Shown here: positions 40,285 through 51,069 of the stretch, one piece after another
Numbering within the stretch: position 1 is the stretch's first letter
How the letters are laid out: each line of letters opens with the position of its first letter
NCBI RefSeq assembly: GCF_018350175.1
Contig: NC_058368.1
Location: forward strand, 83,764,001 to 83,828,000
Origin: Felis catus
Taxonomy: Eukaryota
Length of the DNA stretch: 64,000 bases
Reading direction: 5' to 3'
Notes under the pieces: model-generated
Told to the model about the DNA's origin: nothing
Database searches by the model: none
What the model saw: only the letters and a program-made list of their open reading frames with translations
Position numbers and translations under genes: made by a program

Positions 40285-40490
40285 AGAAAAAGAGATAAAG
40301 AATTCCTAGACAAACTAAAGGAATTTGTCACCACTAAACCAACCCTGTAAGACTAGCTAAAGGGGATCTTTGAGCGCAAAGGAAAGACCAAAAATGACAA
40401 AGACAAGAAAGGAACAGAGAAAATCTCCAGACACAATGACAAAACAATTGATAAAATGGCACTAAATAAATAACTATCGATAATTACTTT

Positions 40491-40684
40491 GGGGGCGCCT
40501 GGGTGATTCAGTTGGTTGAGTATCCAAATCTTGACTTCAACTCAGGTCATGATCCCAGGTTCAAGGTATCAAGTCTGTTTCAGGCTCTGTGCTGAGCATG
40601 GAGTCTGTCTGACATTCATTCTCTCCCTCTCTCTCTCTCTCTCTCTCCCTCCCTCCCTAAAATAAAATTAAAAGAAATAAAAAA
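40491..40684 (+). mobile_element. Can-SINE
   Basis: TSD ataattact(t/c)tg. Confidence 0.92.
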
Positions 40685-40876
40685 ATAATTACTCTGAGTA
40701 TAAATTATTTAAACACTCCCATCAAAAGATATATGGTATCATAATGGATAAAGGAAAACAAGATCCATCTATATGCAGCCTACAAGAGACTCACTTTAGA
40801 ACTAAAGACACTGAGATTCAAAGTGAGGAGATGGAGGAATATTTATCATGAAAATGTATGTCAAAAGAAATTTGAA

Positions 40877-40898
40877 GGGGCACCTGGGTGGATCAGTT
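40877..40898 (+). mobile_element. 22-nt Can-SINE 5' stub at a deletion junction
   Basis: ggggcacctgggtggatcagtt followed by downstream EN sequence. Confidence 0.7.
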
Positions 40899-42786
40899 TT
40901 AGTCCATCCTAAAACAGCAGAATATACATTTTTTTTCCAATTGAAAATGGGAAATTTTCCAGAATAGATCACATACTAAGTCACAAATCAGTCCTCAACA
41001 AGTCTCAATAGATTGAGACTGTACCATGCATTTCTTTTTCTCTGAGTATGATGCTATAAAACTTGAAGTTAACCACAGTAATATGTGGAAAGACCATGAA
41101 TACATGGGGGTAAAATATCATACTACTAAACAATAAAGGGGTCAGCCAGAAATTCAAAGAATAAATTTTAAAAAATACACACAAACAAATGAAAAAAGAA
41201 AAAAAAATGGCCCAAATCCTTTGGGATGCAACAAATGTGGTCCTAAGAGGGAATTATACAGGAATACAGGGATATCTTAGAAAGCAACAAATCTTAAATA
41301 AAAACCTAGCTTCTACATAAAGGAACTAGAAAAATATCAACAAAAGACCCCTAAAGCCAGCAGAAAGAATGAAGAAATAAATATTAGAGCATTAACAAAT
41401 AATATAGAAAATAAATAAATAAATAAATAAATAAATAAACAAACAAACAAATAAGATGAATGACACCAGGAGCTGGTTTGTTGAAAAAAATAATGCAATT
41501 GATAAACCCCTAACCAGGCTTAGAAAAAACAGAAAAGACCCACATATATAAAATAACAAAAGAGAGAGAAAAAATAACAATCAACAGCACAGAAATATAA
41601 ATAATTATAACAGAATATTATAAAATAAAATATGCCAACAAATTTGACAACCTGGAGAAATAGATAAATTCTGAGAAATTAGTAACCTACCACAACTATA
41701 ACAGGAAGAAATAGAAAACTTGAACAGACTGTGAACCAGCAAAGAAATTGAATCAGTAATCAAAAAACTCCCAAGAGGGGGATGAGTGAAGATGGCTGGA
41801 CAGCATGGAAGCTTTTTGTGTCTCGCGTCCATGAAATACAGCCAGACCAACACTAAACCATCCTACACACCTAGAAAACTGGAGGATTAACACAACAATC
41901 TGCACAACCTGAACCACAGAATTCAGCAGGTATGCTTCACAGACAGTTGAACTTTGGGAGCAAGAAGCCACGAAAGGTAGGGAACTGCTTTTGCGGGTGG
42001 AAAGAGGACAGAGACTGGGGAGAGGGGGAGAATATGGGAAAAGCACCCCTCCCTAAAAGTGCTGCAGAGAAAGTGGAAAATTGGAAACAGCTGCAGGGAC
42101 TAAACTAAAAAGGGAGAAAGGAGAGGGTTTAAATTCCATTAAGACTGTAAACAAGGGGAGAGCAAAGGCTGAAACTCTGCAGCTCAATACCTGGCGGTGC
42201 TCTGGAGGGGAGGGTGAATCCCCAGGAACAGAGTGGGTCCTGGGAGGTTCTCAGGCCACACAAGGAAAAGTGATTCCACTGCTGGAAGGACATTTGGTAG
42301 AGACTGTTGAAGCCACCTGGTCCCAGCAGACCCCAGAAGGTGGCCACATTCACTGGTGCTGAGGCAAGGTATTTAAGGGTGAAGCCTGGTGCTAGATGTG
42401 TGTTGTGATTTTCATAATCCCTGAAATGCTGCTGCTACACTGTCTCACAAACTTTTTCTGGGGTGGGCTGGCACCTGGCCACAGTCTCGAGGCACCAGCA
42501 GCAGCAGGGTCCAGCAGGCATTTCTGGGTACAGCTGACATTCAGCCATTGCTCATTTGGCCATTGCTCAGTGAGACCCTCCTGCAGAAGGGCAGAATGGG
42601 ACAAAGCCACAGTCCTTCAGAAATAAGGGGCCGGAGAAAACAGCTGTAACTGAGACAAAACTTGGTAGAGAGGTACTGGCTGGGACATGGTCATGGAGAG
42701 TGAAAAAGCGGGCAGTAGACGAGAGCTGAAGACAGAGGACGGGTGCATGATTGCTGATCCAGGAGAATAGACGGTAGCTGGGTGGA

Positions 42787-42815
42787 GCCATTTTCACCTC
42801 TCCCGCGCATGCGCA
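42787..42815 (+). promoter_or_regulatory. YY1-like (gccatttt) and NRF1 palindrome (cgcgcatgcgca) motifs in the L1-G 5'UTR
   Basis: Exact match to YGCGCAYGCGCR at 42804-42815; motif match only. Confidence 0.45.
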
Positions 42816-43049
42816 TATGCACCTAACAGCACTGCAACAAGCCCCCCCAGTAGGCTAGCAGCGCCATCTATTGGAAAGCACAGCTGTTACACTGAGCCCC
42901 GCCCAACTGGGCCAACTTCTCTCTTCAAGAGCACAAGTCTCACTGCCAGCTTAATTTATGGACTACAAAGAGCTACATAGACTGGCTCCTAGGGGAAAAT
43001 GAAGTAGTTTCAGTCCTACTTTAATCTGTTACTATGTTCATTTATTCAA

Positions 43050-43740
43050 TTTTTTTTATTTTTCTTTTTTCTTCTTCTCTTTTAAAATTCTTTAATTTTT
43101 CTTGAATACAGAAAGAAAAAATTAATTTTTATTTTCAATTTTTGTTAAAAATATCTTTCATTTTTATTACTATATTTTTACTTTTGTGTAATTTTTTTCA
43201 AATTCTACTTCCATCATTTTATTTTAGTCTACTTCAGTCTATTCACCTTTCCAATTTTTCAAACAATTTCCTTTTTTTATTTCTTTTCCTTTTTTCTCTT
43301 TTTAATTCATTTTTCTTGAATGCAGAAAGAGAAAAAAAATCATTTTTACTTTCAATTTCTAATAAAAATATTCTTATTTAATTTTAATTACTATATTTTT
43401 TGCTTTTATGTAAATTATTTAAATTATATTTTACTTCCATCCTTTTATTTTAGTATTCTACAGAGTTTGCACTTTTTCAAATTTTCAAATGATTTATTTT
43501 TTATCATTCTTTTTTTCTCTTTTTCATCATTTTTCTCTTTTTCATTTTTCTTTTTTTCTTAAATACAGAAAGCGAAAAAATTCATTTTTATTTTTACTTT
43601 TTATTAAAAATATTTTAATTTTTTCTACTATATTCTTTACTTTTGTGTATATTTTTCAAATTCTATTTTACCCTCAACATCTCATTTTAGTCTATTTCAG
43701 TGTATTCAATTTTTCAAACTATCAAATGATTTCCTTCCCC
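43050..43740 (+). repeat. Three T-rich tandem units (about 215-245 bp) in the L1-G 5'UTR
   Basis: Anchor ctt(g/a)aat(a/g)cagaaag recurs at 43101, 43315 and 43558. Confidence 0.85.
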
Positions 43741-43918
43741 CCCACTTTTGTTTTCTCTAATCTGTCAAACCAATTTCAACAGTCAGTCCAAAACACACCT
43801 AGGATCTAACATCATCTATTCGATATGTGTGTGTGTGTTTAATTTTAATTTTAATATTTAAATTTTAATGTTTTCTTAATTTAATTTTTCTACCTCATTA
43901 ATATTTCCTCCATTCAAA

Positions 43919-44780
43919 ATAACAAAAAAAAAGAATTCACCCCAAAAGAAAGAGCATGCAGAAATGACAGCCAGGAATTTAACCAACACAAATAAAAGCA
44001 AGATGGCTGAACAAGAATTTAGAATCACAATAATAAGAATACTAACTGGAGTCAAAAATACATTAGAATCCTCTGCAGAGATAAAAGAAGTAAAAAAAAA
44101 ACAGTCAGAATGAAATTAAAAATGCTATAACTGAGCTGCAATCATGGATGGATGCAGTGGCGCCACGGATGGATGAGGCAGAACAGAAAATCAGTGATAA
44201 AGAGGACAAACTAATAGAGAATGATGAAACAGAAAAAAAGAGGGAGATGAAGACAAAGCATAATAAGAATTAGAGAAATCAGTGATGCATTAAAAGGAAC
44301 ATCAGAATCAGGGGTCCGAGAAGAGGAAGAGAGAGAAATAAGGGTAGAAAGGTTATGTGAGCAAATCATAGCAGAAAAATTTCCTAACCTGGGGAAAGAC
44401 ACAGACAGCAAAATCCAGGAAGCACAGAGGACCCCCATTCGATTCAACAAAAATCAACCAGCAACAAGGCATATCATAGTCAAATTCACAAAATTCTCAG
44501 GCAAGGAGAGAATCATGAAAGCAGCAAGGGGAAAACAGTCCCTAACTTACAAGGGAAGACAGATCAGGTTTGCAGCAGACCTCTCCACAGAAACTTGGCA
44601 GGCCAGAAAGAAGGGGTGGGATATATTCAGTGTGCTGAATCAGAAAAATATGCCTCCAAGAATTCTTTATCCAGCGAGTGTGTCATTCAAAATGCAGAGA
44701 TAAAAAGTTTCCCCCCAAAAAATTAAAGGAGTGTGTGACCACTAAACCAGCCCTGCAAGAAATTTTAAGGGGACTCTCTG
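43919..44780 (+). pseudogene. L1-G ORF1 remnant
   Basis: MKAARGKQSLTYKGRQIRFAADLSTETWQARK...RILYPA. Confidence 0.88.
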
Positions 44781-44790
44781 AGGGGAGAAA

Positions 44791-44843
<53 letters not shown>

Positions 44844-44919
44844 AATAAATACCAAGAGCAACAAAGATTAGAAAGGACCAGAGAACACCACCAGAAACTC
44901 CAACTCTACAAGCATCATA

Positions 44920-47900
44920 ATGGCTATAAATTCATATCTTTCAGTACTCACTCTAAACATCAATGGACTCAATGCTCCAATCAAAAGACATAGGGTAACT
45001 GAATGGGTAACAAAACAAGATATATGTATATGCTATTTACAAAAGACCCACTTTAGACCTAAAGGCACCGACAGATTGAAAATAGGGGGATGGAGAACCA
45101 TCTACCATGCTAATGGTCCACAAAAGAAATCCAGAGTAGCCATACTTATATCAGACAATCTAGACTTTAAAATGACTGTATCAAGAGATGAAGAAGGGCA
45201 TTATATCATAATCAAGGGGTCTATACACCAAGAAGACCTAACCATTGTAAAAATTTATGCACCAAATGTGAGAGCACACAGATATATAAATCAAGTAATC
45301 ACGAACATAAAGAAACTCTTCGATAGTAATACCATAATAGTAGGAGACTTCAACACCCCACTCACAGCAATGGACAAATCATCTACTCAAAATATCAACA
45401 AGAAACAATGGCTTTGAATGAAACACTGGACCAGATGGACTTATTCATAACATTTCATCCTAAAGCAGCAGAATATACATTCTTCTCAAGTGCACATGTA
45501 TTGGTCTCCAAAATAGACCATATACTGGGACACAAATCAGCCCTAAGTAAGTACAAAAAGATTGAGATCATACCGTACTTATTTTCAGACCACAATATTA
45601 TAAAACTCAAAATCAATCACAAGAAAGAATATGGAAAGGTAAAAAATACTTGGAGACTGAAGAACATCCTACTAAAGAATGAATGGGCTAACCAAGAATT
45701 TAAAAAGGAAATTAAAAAGCATATGGAAGTCAATGAAAATGATAACACCACAACCCCAAACCTAGGGATGCAGCAAGGTCGGTCATAGGAAAGAAAGTAT
45801 ATACCAATCCAGACCTTCCTAAAGAAGGAAGAAAGATCTCAGATGCACAACCTAAACTTATGCCTTAAGGAGCAGGAAAAAGAACAGCAAATGAAACCCC
45901 AAACCAGCAGAAGACAGGAAATAATAAAGATTACAGCAGAAGAATGCTATCAAAACCAAAAAACAAAAAAACAAAAAAAAAAAAAAAAACAAAAAACAGT
46001 AGAACAGACCAATGAAACCAGAAGCTGATTCTTTGAAAGAATTAACAAAATTGATAAACCAGTAGCCAGTTTGATAAAGGAGAACAAGGAAAGGACCCAA
46101 ATAATAAAATCAAGAATGAAAGAGGAGAGATCACAACCAACACAACAGAAATAAAAGCAATACTAAGAGAATATTATGAGCAATCATATGCCAATAAAAT
46201 GGGCAATCTGGAAGAAATGGTCAAATTCCTAGAAACATATACACTACCAAAACTGAAACAGGAAGAAACAAAATTTTAACAGACCCATAACCAGTAAGGA
46301 ATCGAATTAGTAATCAAAAATCTGCCAAAAAACAAGAGTCCAGGGCCAGATGGCATTCCAGGGGAATTCTACCAAACATGTAAGGAAGAGGTAACACCTA
46401 TTCTCTTGAACTGTTCCAAAAAATAGAAATGGAGGGAAAACTTCAAAACTCTTTCTATGAAGCCAGCATTACCTTGATCCCCAAACCAGAAAGAGACCCC
46501 ACTCAAAAGGGGAACTATAGACAAATTTCCCTGATAAAAATGCATGCAAAAATACTCAACAGGATATTAACCAACCAGATCCAAGAATACATGAAGAAAA
46601 TTATTCACCACGACCAAGTGGGATTTATACCTGGGATGCAGGGCTGGTTCAATATCTGCAAAAAAATTAACGTGATTCATCATATCAATAAAAGAAAGGA
46701 CAAGAAACATACGATCCTCTCAAAAGATGCACAGAAACCATTTGACAAAATACAGCATCCTTTCTTGATAAAAACCCTCAAGAAAGTAGGCATAGAAGGA
46801 GCATACCTCGAGATCATAAAAGCCATATATAAACGACCCAATGCTAATATCATCCTCAATGGGGAAAAACTGAGAGCTTTCCCCCTAAAGTCAGGAGCCA
46901 GACAGGGATGTCCACTCTTGCCATTGTTATTCAACGTAGTCCTGGAAGTCGTAGCCTCTGCAATCAGACAACACAAAGAAATAAAAGGCATCCAAATGGG
47001 CCAGGAGGAGGTCAAACTTTCACTCTTCGCAGATGACATGATACTCCATATAGAAAACTCAAAATATTCCACAAAAAAAATGGTAGAATTGATTCATGAA
47101 TTCAGCAAAGTCGCAGGATATAAAATCAATGCATCGAAATCGGTTGCATTCCTATATACCAACAATGAAGTGACAGAAAGAAAAATCAAGGAATTGATCC
47201 CATTTACAGTTGCACAAAAACCCATAAAATACCTAGGAATAAATCTAACCAAATTGGTGAAAAATCTATAAACTGAAAACTCTAGAAAGCTTATGAAAGA
47301 AATTGAAGAAGACACAAAAAAATGTAAAAAGATTCCATGCTCCTGGATAGAAAGAACAAATAGTGTTAAAATGTCAATACAACCCGAAACAATCTACATA
47401 TTCAATACATTCCCTATCAAAGTAACACCAGCATTCTTTACAGAGCAAGAACAAAGAATTCTAAAATTTGTATGGAACCAGAAAACACCCAAATAGCCAA
47501 AGCAATCTTGAAAAAGAAAACCAAAGCAGGAGGCCTCACAATCCCTGACTTCAGGGTATACTACAAAGCTGTAATCATCAAGACAGTACAGTACTGGATG
47601 AAGAACAGACATTCAGATCAATGGAACAGAATAGAGAACCCAGAAATGGACACACAAACCTATGGCCAAGTAATCTTTGACAAAGCAGGAAAGAATATCC
47701 AATAGAATAAAGACAGTCTCTTCAGCAGGTGGTCCTGGGAAAACTGGACAGTGACATGCAGAAGAATAAACCTGGACCACTTTCTTACACCCTACACAAA
47801 AATAAACTCAAAATGGGTGAAAGACCTAAATGTAAGACAGGAAGCCATCAAAATCCTCTGGGAGAAAGCAGGCAAAAACCTCTTTGATCTTGGGCACAGA

Positions 47901-48760
47901 AACTTCTTACTCAACACGTCTCTGGAGGCATGGGAAACAAAAGCAAAAATGAACTACTGCGACCTCGTCAAAATAAAATCTGCACAGTGAAGGAAACAAT
48001 CAGCAAAACTAAAAGGCAATGGACAGAATGCGAGAAGATATTTGCAAGTGACATATCAGATAAAGGATTAGTACCCAAAACCTATAAATAACTTATCAAA
48101 CTCAACACCCAAAAAACAAATAATCCAGTAAAGAAATGGGAAAAGACATGAATAGACACTTCTCCAAGGAAGACATCCAGATGGCCAACTGACACATGAA
48201 AAAATGCTCAACATCACTCATCATCAGAGAAATACATATCAAAACCACAATGAGATCTCACCTGACACCTGTCAGAATGGCTAACATTAACAACTCAGGC
48301 AACATCTGATGTTGGCTTGGATGAGGAGATAGAGGATCTCTTTTGCATTGTTTGTGGCAATGCAAGCTGGTGCAGCCACTCTGGAAAACAGGATGGAGGT
48401 TCCTCAAGAAACTAAAAATAGAACTACCCTAAGACCCCATAATTGCACTACTAGGCATTTATCCACGGGATACAGGTTTGCTGTTTTGAAGGGACACATG
48501 CACCCCAATGCTTATAGCAGCACTATCAACAATAGCCAATAATGGAAAGAGCCCAAATGTCAATCGATGGATGAATGGATAAAGAAAATGTGGCATATAT
48601 ATATATATGTAAACACACAATGGAGTATTACTCGGCAATCAAAAAGAATGAAATCTTGCCATTTGCAACTACATGGATGGAACTGGAAGGTGTTATGCTA
48701 AGTGCAATTAGTCATTGAGAGAAAGACAAAAATCATATGACTTCACTCATATGAGGACTT
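44920..48760 (+). pseudogene. L1-G ORF2 (EN 44920-45788, RT core 46429-47271, C-terminal domain), frameshifted
   Basis: [66 protein letters not shown]. Confidence 0.95.
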
Positions 48761-49376
48761 TAAGAGACAAAACAGATGAACATAAGGGAAGGGACACAAA
48801 AATAATGTAAAAACAGGGAGGGGGACAAAAAGGAAGAGACTCATATATATGGAGAACAAACTGAGGGTTGCTTAAGGGGTTGTGGGAGGGAGGATGGGCT
48901 AAATGTGTAAGGGGAACTAAGGAATCTACTCCTGAAATCATTGTTTCACTATATGCTAACTAATTTGGATGCAAATTTTAAAAAATAAAAAAATTAAATT
49001 AAAAACAAAACTCCCAGGAAACCAAAGTCCAAGGCCAGATGGATTTACAGACAAATTCTACCAAATCTTGAAAGAATAGTTAATACCTGTTCTTCTGAAA
49101 CCATTCAAAAAAGTAGAAATGGAAGGAGAAGTCCCAAATTCATTCTAAGGTTTCAACTTTAACCTGATACTAAAACTAAAAAAGATTCCACAAAAAAAGA
49201 AAACTACAGGCCAATATACCTGATGAAAATGGATGCAAAAATTGTCAATAAAATACCAGCAAATCATTTTCAACAGTACACTAAAAGAATCATTCACCAT
49301 GGTCAAATGGAATTTATTAGCGGCTACAAGTGTAGTTAAACATTCACAAATCAATTAACATAATATACTAAGAAAA

Positions 49377-49531
49377 GAGAAAATATATTATTAAGAAAAT
49401 ATATTAATTTAATATATTAATATTATTAATAACCATTAATAATTATTAATAATATATATTATATATTATTATATATAATAATATATAATATAATATATAA
49501 TATATAATAATTAATTATTAATAATAAATAT
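49377..49531. repeat. Almost A/T-only low-complexity insert between 16-bp direct repeats
   Basis: taatatactaagaaaa at 49361-49376 and 49532-49547. Confidence 0.85.
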
Positions 49532-49730
49532 TAATATACTAAGAAAATAAAGGTAAGAACCCTATGATCATTACAATAGAAGCTGAAAAACTATTTCACA
49601 AATTACATTTACTCATGGTAAAATACCCTTAACAAAGTAGGTTTAGAGGGAACACACCTAAAATAATAAAGGTTATATACCAAAATCCCAGAGCTAATAT
49701 CATCCTCAATGGGAGCAAAACTGTGCACTT

Positions 49731-49987
49731 TCCTCCTCCTCCTCCACCACCACCACCACCACCACCACCTCCTCCTCCTCCTCTTTTGTGATTATTTATT
49801 ATTGAGACATAGAGACAGAGCACAAGCATGGGAAAGGGCCGAGAATGAAGGAGACACAGAATCTGAAGCAGGCTCCAGGATCTGAGCTGTCAGCACAGAA
49901 CCTGGTGCAGGGCTTGAACTCACAAACCACGTGATCATGACCTGAGCTGAAGTCAGACACTTAACCAATTGAGCCACCCAGGTGCCC
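49731..49987 (-). mobile_element. Can-SINE with a (GGA)n(GGT)n tail
   Basis: Antisense SINE 49790-49987 preceded by (CCT)n(CCA)n(CCT)n; degenerate TSD ctgtg..ctt. Confidence 0.88.
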
Positions 49988-50743
49988 TGTGAGCTTCTCT
50001 TCTATGGTCGGGAATAAGACAGGGATGTCCATTGTCACCACTGTTATTAAACACAGTATTGGAAGTCAAAGCCTCAGCAATCAGACAACACAAAGAAATA
50101 AACAGCATCAAAAACAGCAAGTAAGAAGTCAAACTTTCACTACTTCCAGATGGCATGATCTTCTATATGGAAAATTGAAAATACTCCACCAAAAAACTGC
50201 TAGAATTGATATATGAATTTAGTAAAGTCACAGGATACAAAATCAACACATGGAAATCTGTTGCATTTGTATACACCAACAATGAATCAGGAGAAAGAGA
50301 AACCACGGAATCAATCCCATTTACAATTGCACCAAAACCCACAAAATACTGAGGAATAAACCTAACCAAATTGGTAAAAGATCTGTCTGTACTCTGAAAA
50401 CTAAAACACTGATGAAAGATATTTGAAGAGCACACAAATGGAAAAATATTGCAAGCTCATGGATTGGAAGAACAAGTATTGTTAAAATGTTTCTATTACT
50501 CAAAGAAATCTACACATTTAATGCAATCCCTATCAAAATAACACCAGCATTTTCCACAGAGCTGGGACAAACAATCTTAAAATTTGTATGGAACCACAAA
50601 AGACTGAATAGCCAAAGCATTCTGGAAAAAGAAAGGCATAACTGAAGGCATCATAATTTCAGAGTAAAAGTTATATTACAATGCTGTAGTGATCAAGACA
50701 ATATGGTACTGGAACAAAAACAGATATATAAAAGCATAAAACA

Positions 50744-50930
50744 GGGGATCTTGCGTGGCTCAGTTGGTTAAATGTCCAAGTCTTGGTTTCGACTCAGGTC
50801 GTAATTTCACAGTTTGTAAGACTGAGCTCTATGTTGAGCTCTGTGATGACAGCATGGAGCTTGCTTGGGATTCTCTCTCTTTCTATCTCTGCCCCCACCT
50901 CTCTCTCTTAAAGTAAATAAATAAACTTGA
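50744..50930 (+). mobile_element. Can-SINE
   Basis: ggggatcttgcgtggctcag head; degenerate TSD aaagcataaaaca / aaagcaagaata. Confidence 0.88.
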
Positions 50931-51069
50931 AAAGCAAGAATAGGAAACCCAGGTTTAAACCTCCTACTATATGGTCAATTTCTTTGACAAAGCAGAAAAA
51001 AAAAATCCAGTGGGAAATAGATAGCCTCTTCAAACGGTGTTGGGAATTCTGGACAGCAACATGCGAAAG

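Larger units (their letters stand above)
41775..49006 (+). mobile_element. L1-G: full-length L1 with a distinct ~2.1 kb 5'UTR, inactivated
   Basis: 5' gagtgaagatggctggacagcatgg; ORF1 about 43919 (start reads ATA); ORF2 from 44920; A tail; TSD core aaaactccca (41764-41773, 49007-49016). Confidence 0.95.
38332..51069 (+). mobile_element. L1-F: older carnivore L1 (partial 5'UTR, ORF1, most of ORF2), interrupted by L1-G and SINEs, 3' end missing
   Basis: ORF1 remnant IKRNNIHIIGVPEQEER; ORF2 ATG about 40456; ORF2 resumes at 49007 after L1-G and ends at cagcaacatgcgaaag. Confidence 0.85.

Noticed and set aside
43050..43740. CRISPR-like or satellite array
   Set aside because: The context is eukaryotic, the units are long and degenerate without unique spacers, and they are part of an L1 5'UTR.
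46429..47271. 280-aa RT ORF as an active or novel reverse transcriptase system
   Set aside because: It is standard L1 ORF2 RT bounded by stops and frameshifts; ORF1 of the same element lacks its ATG.
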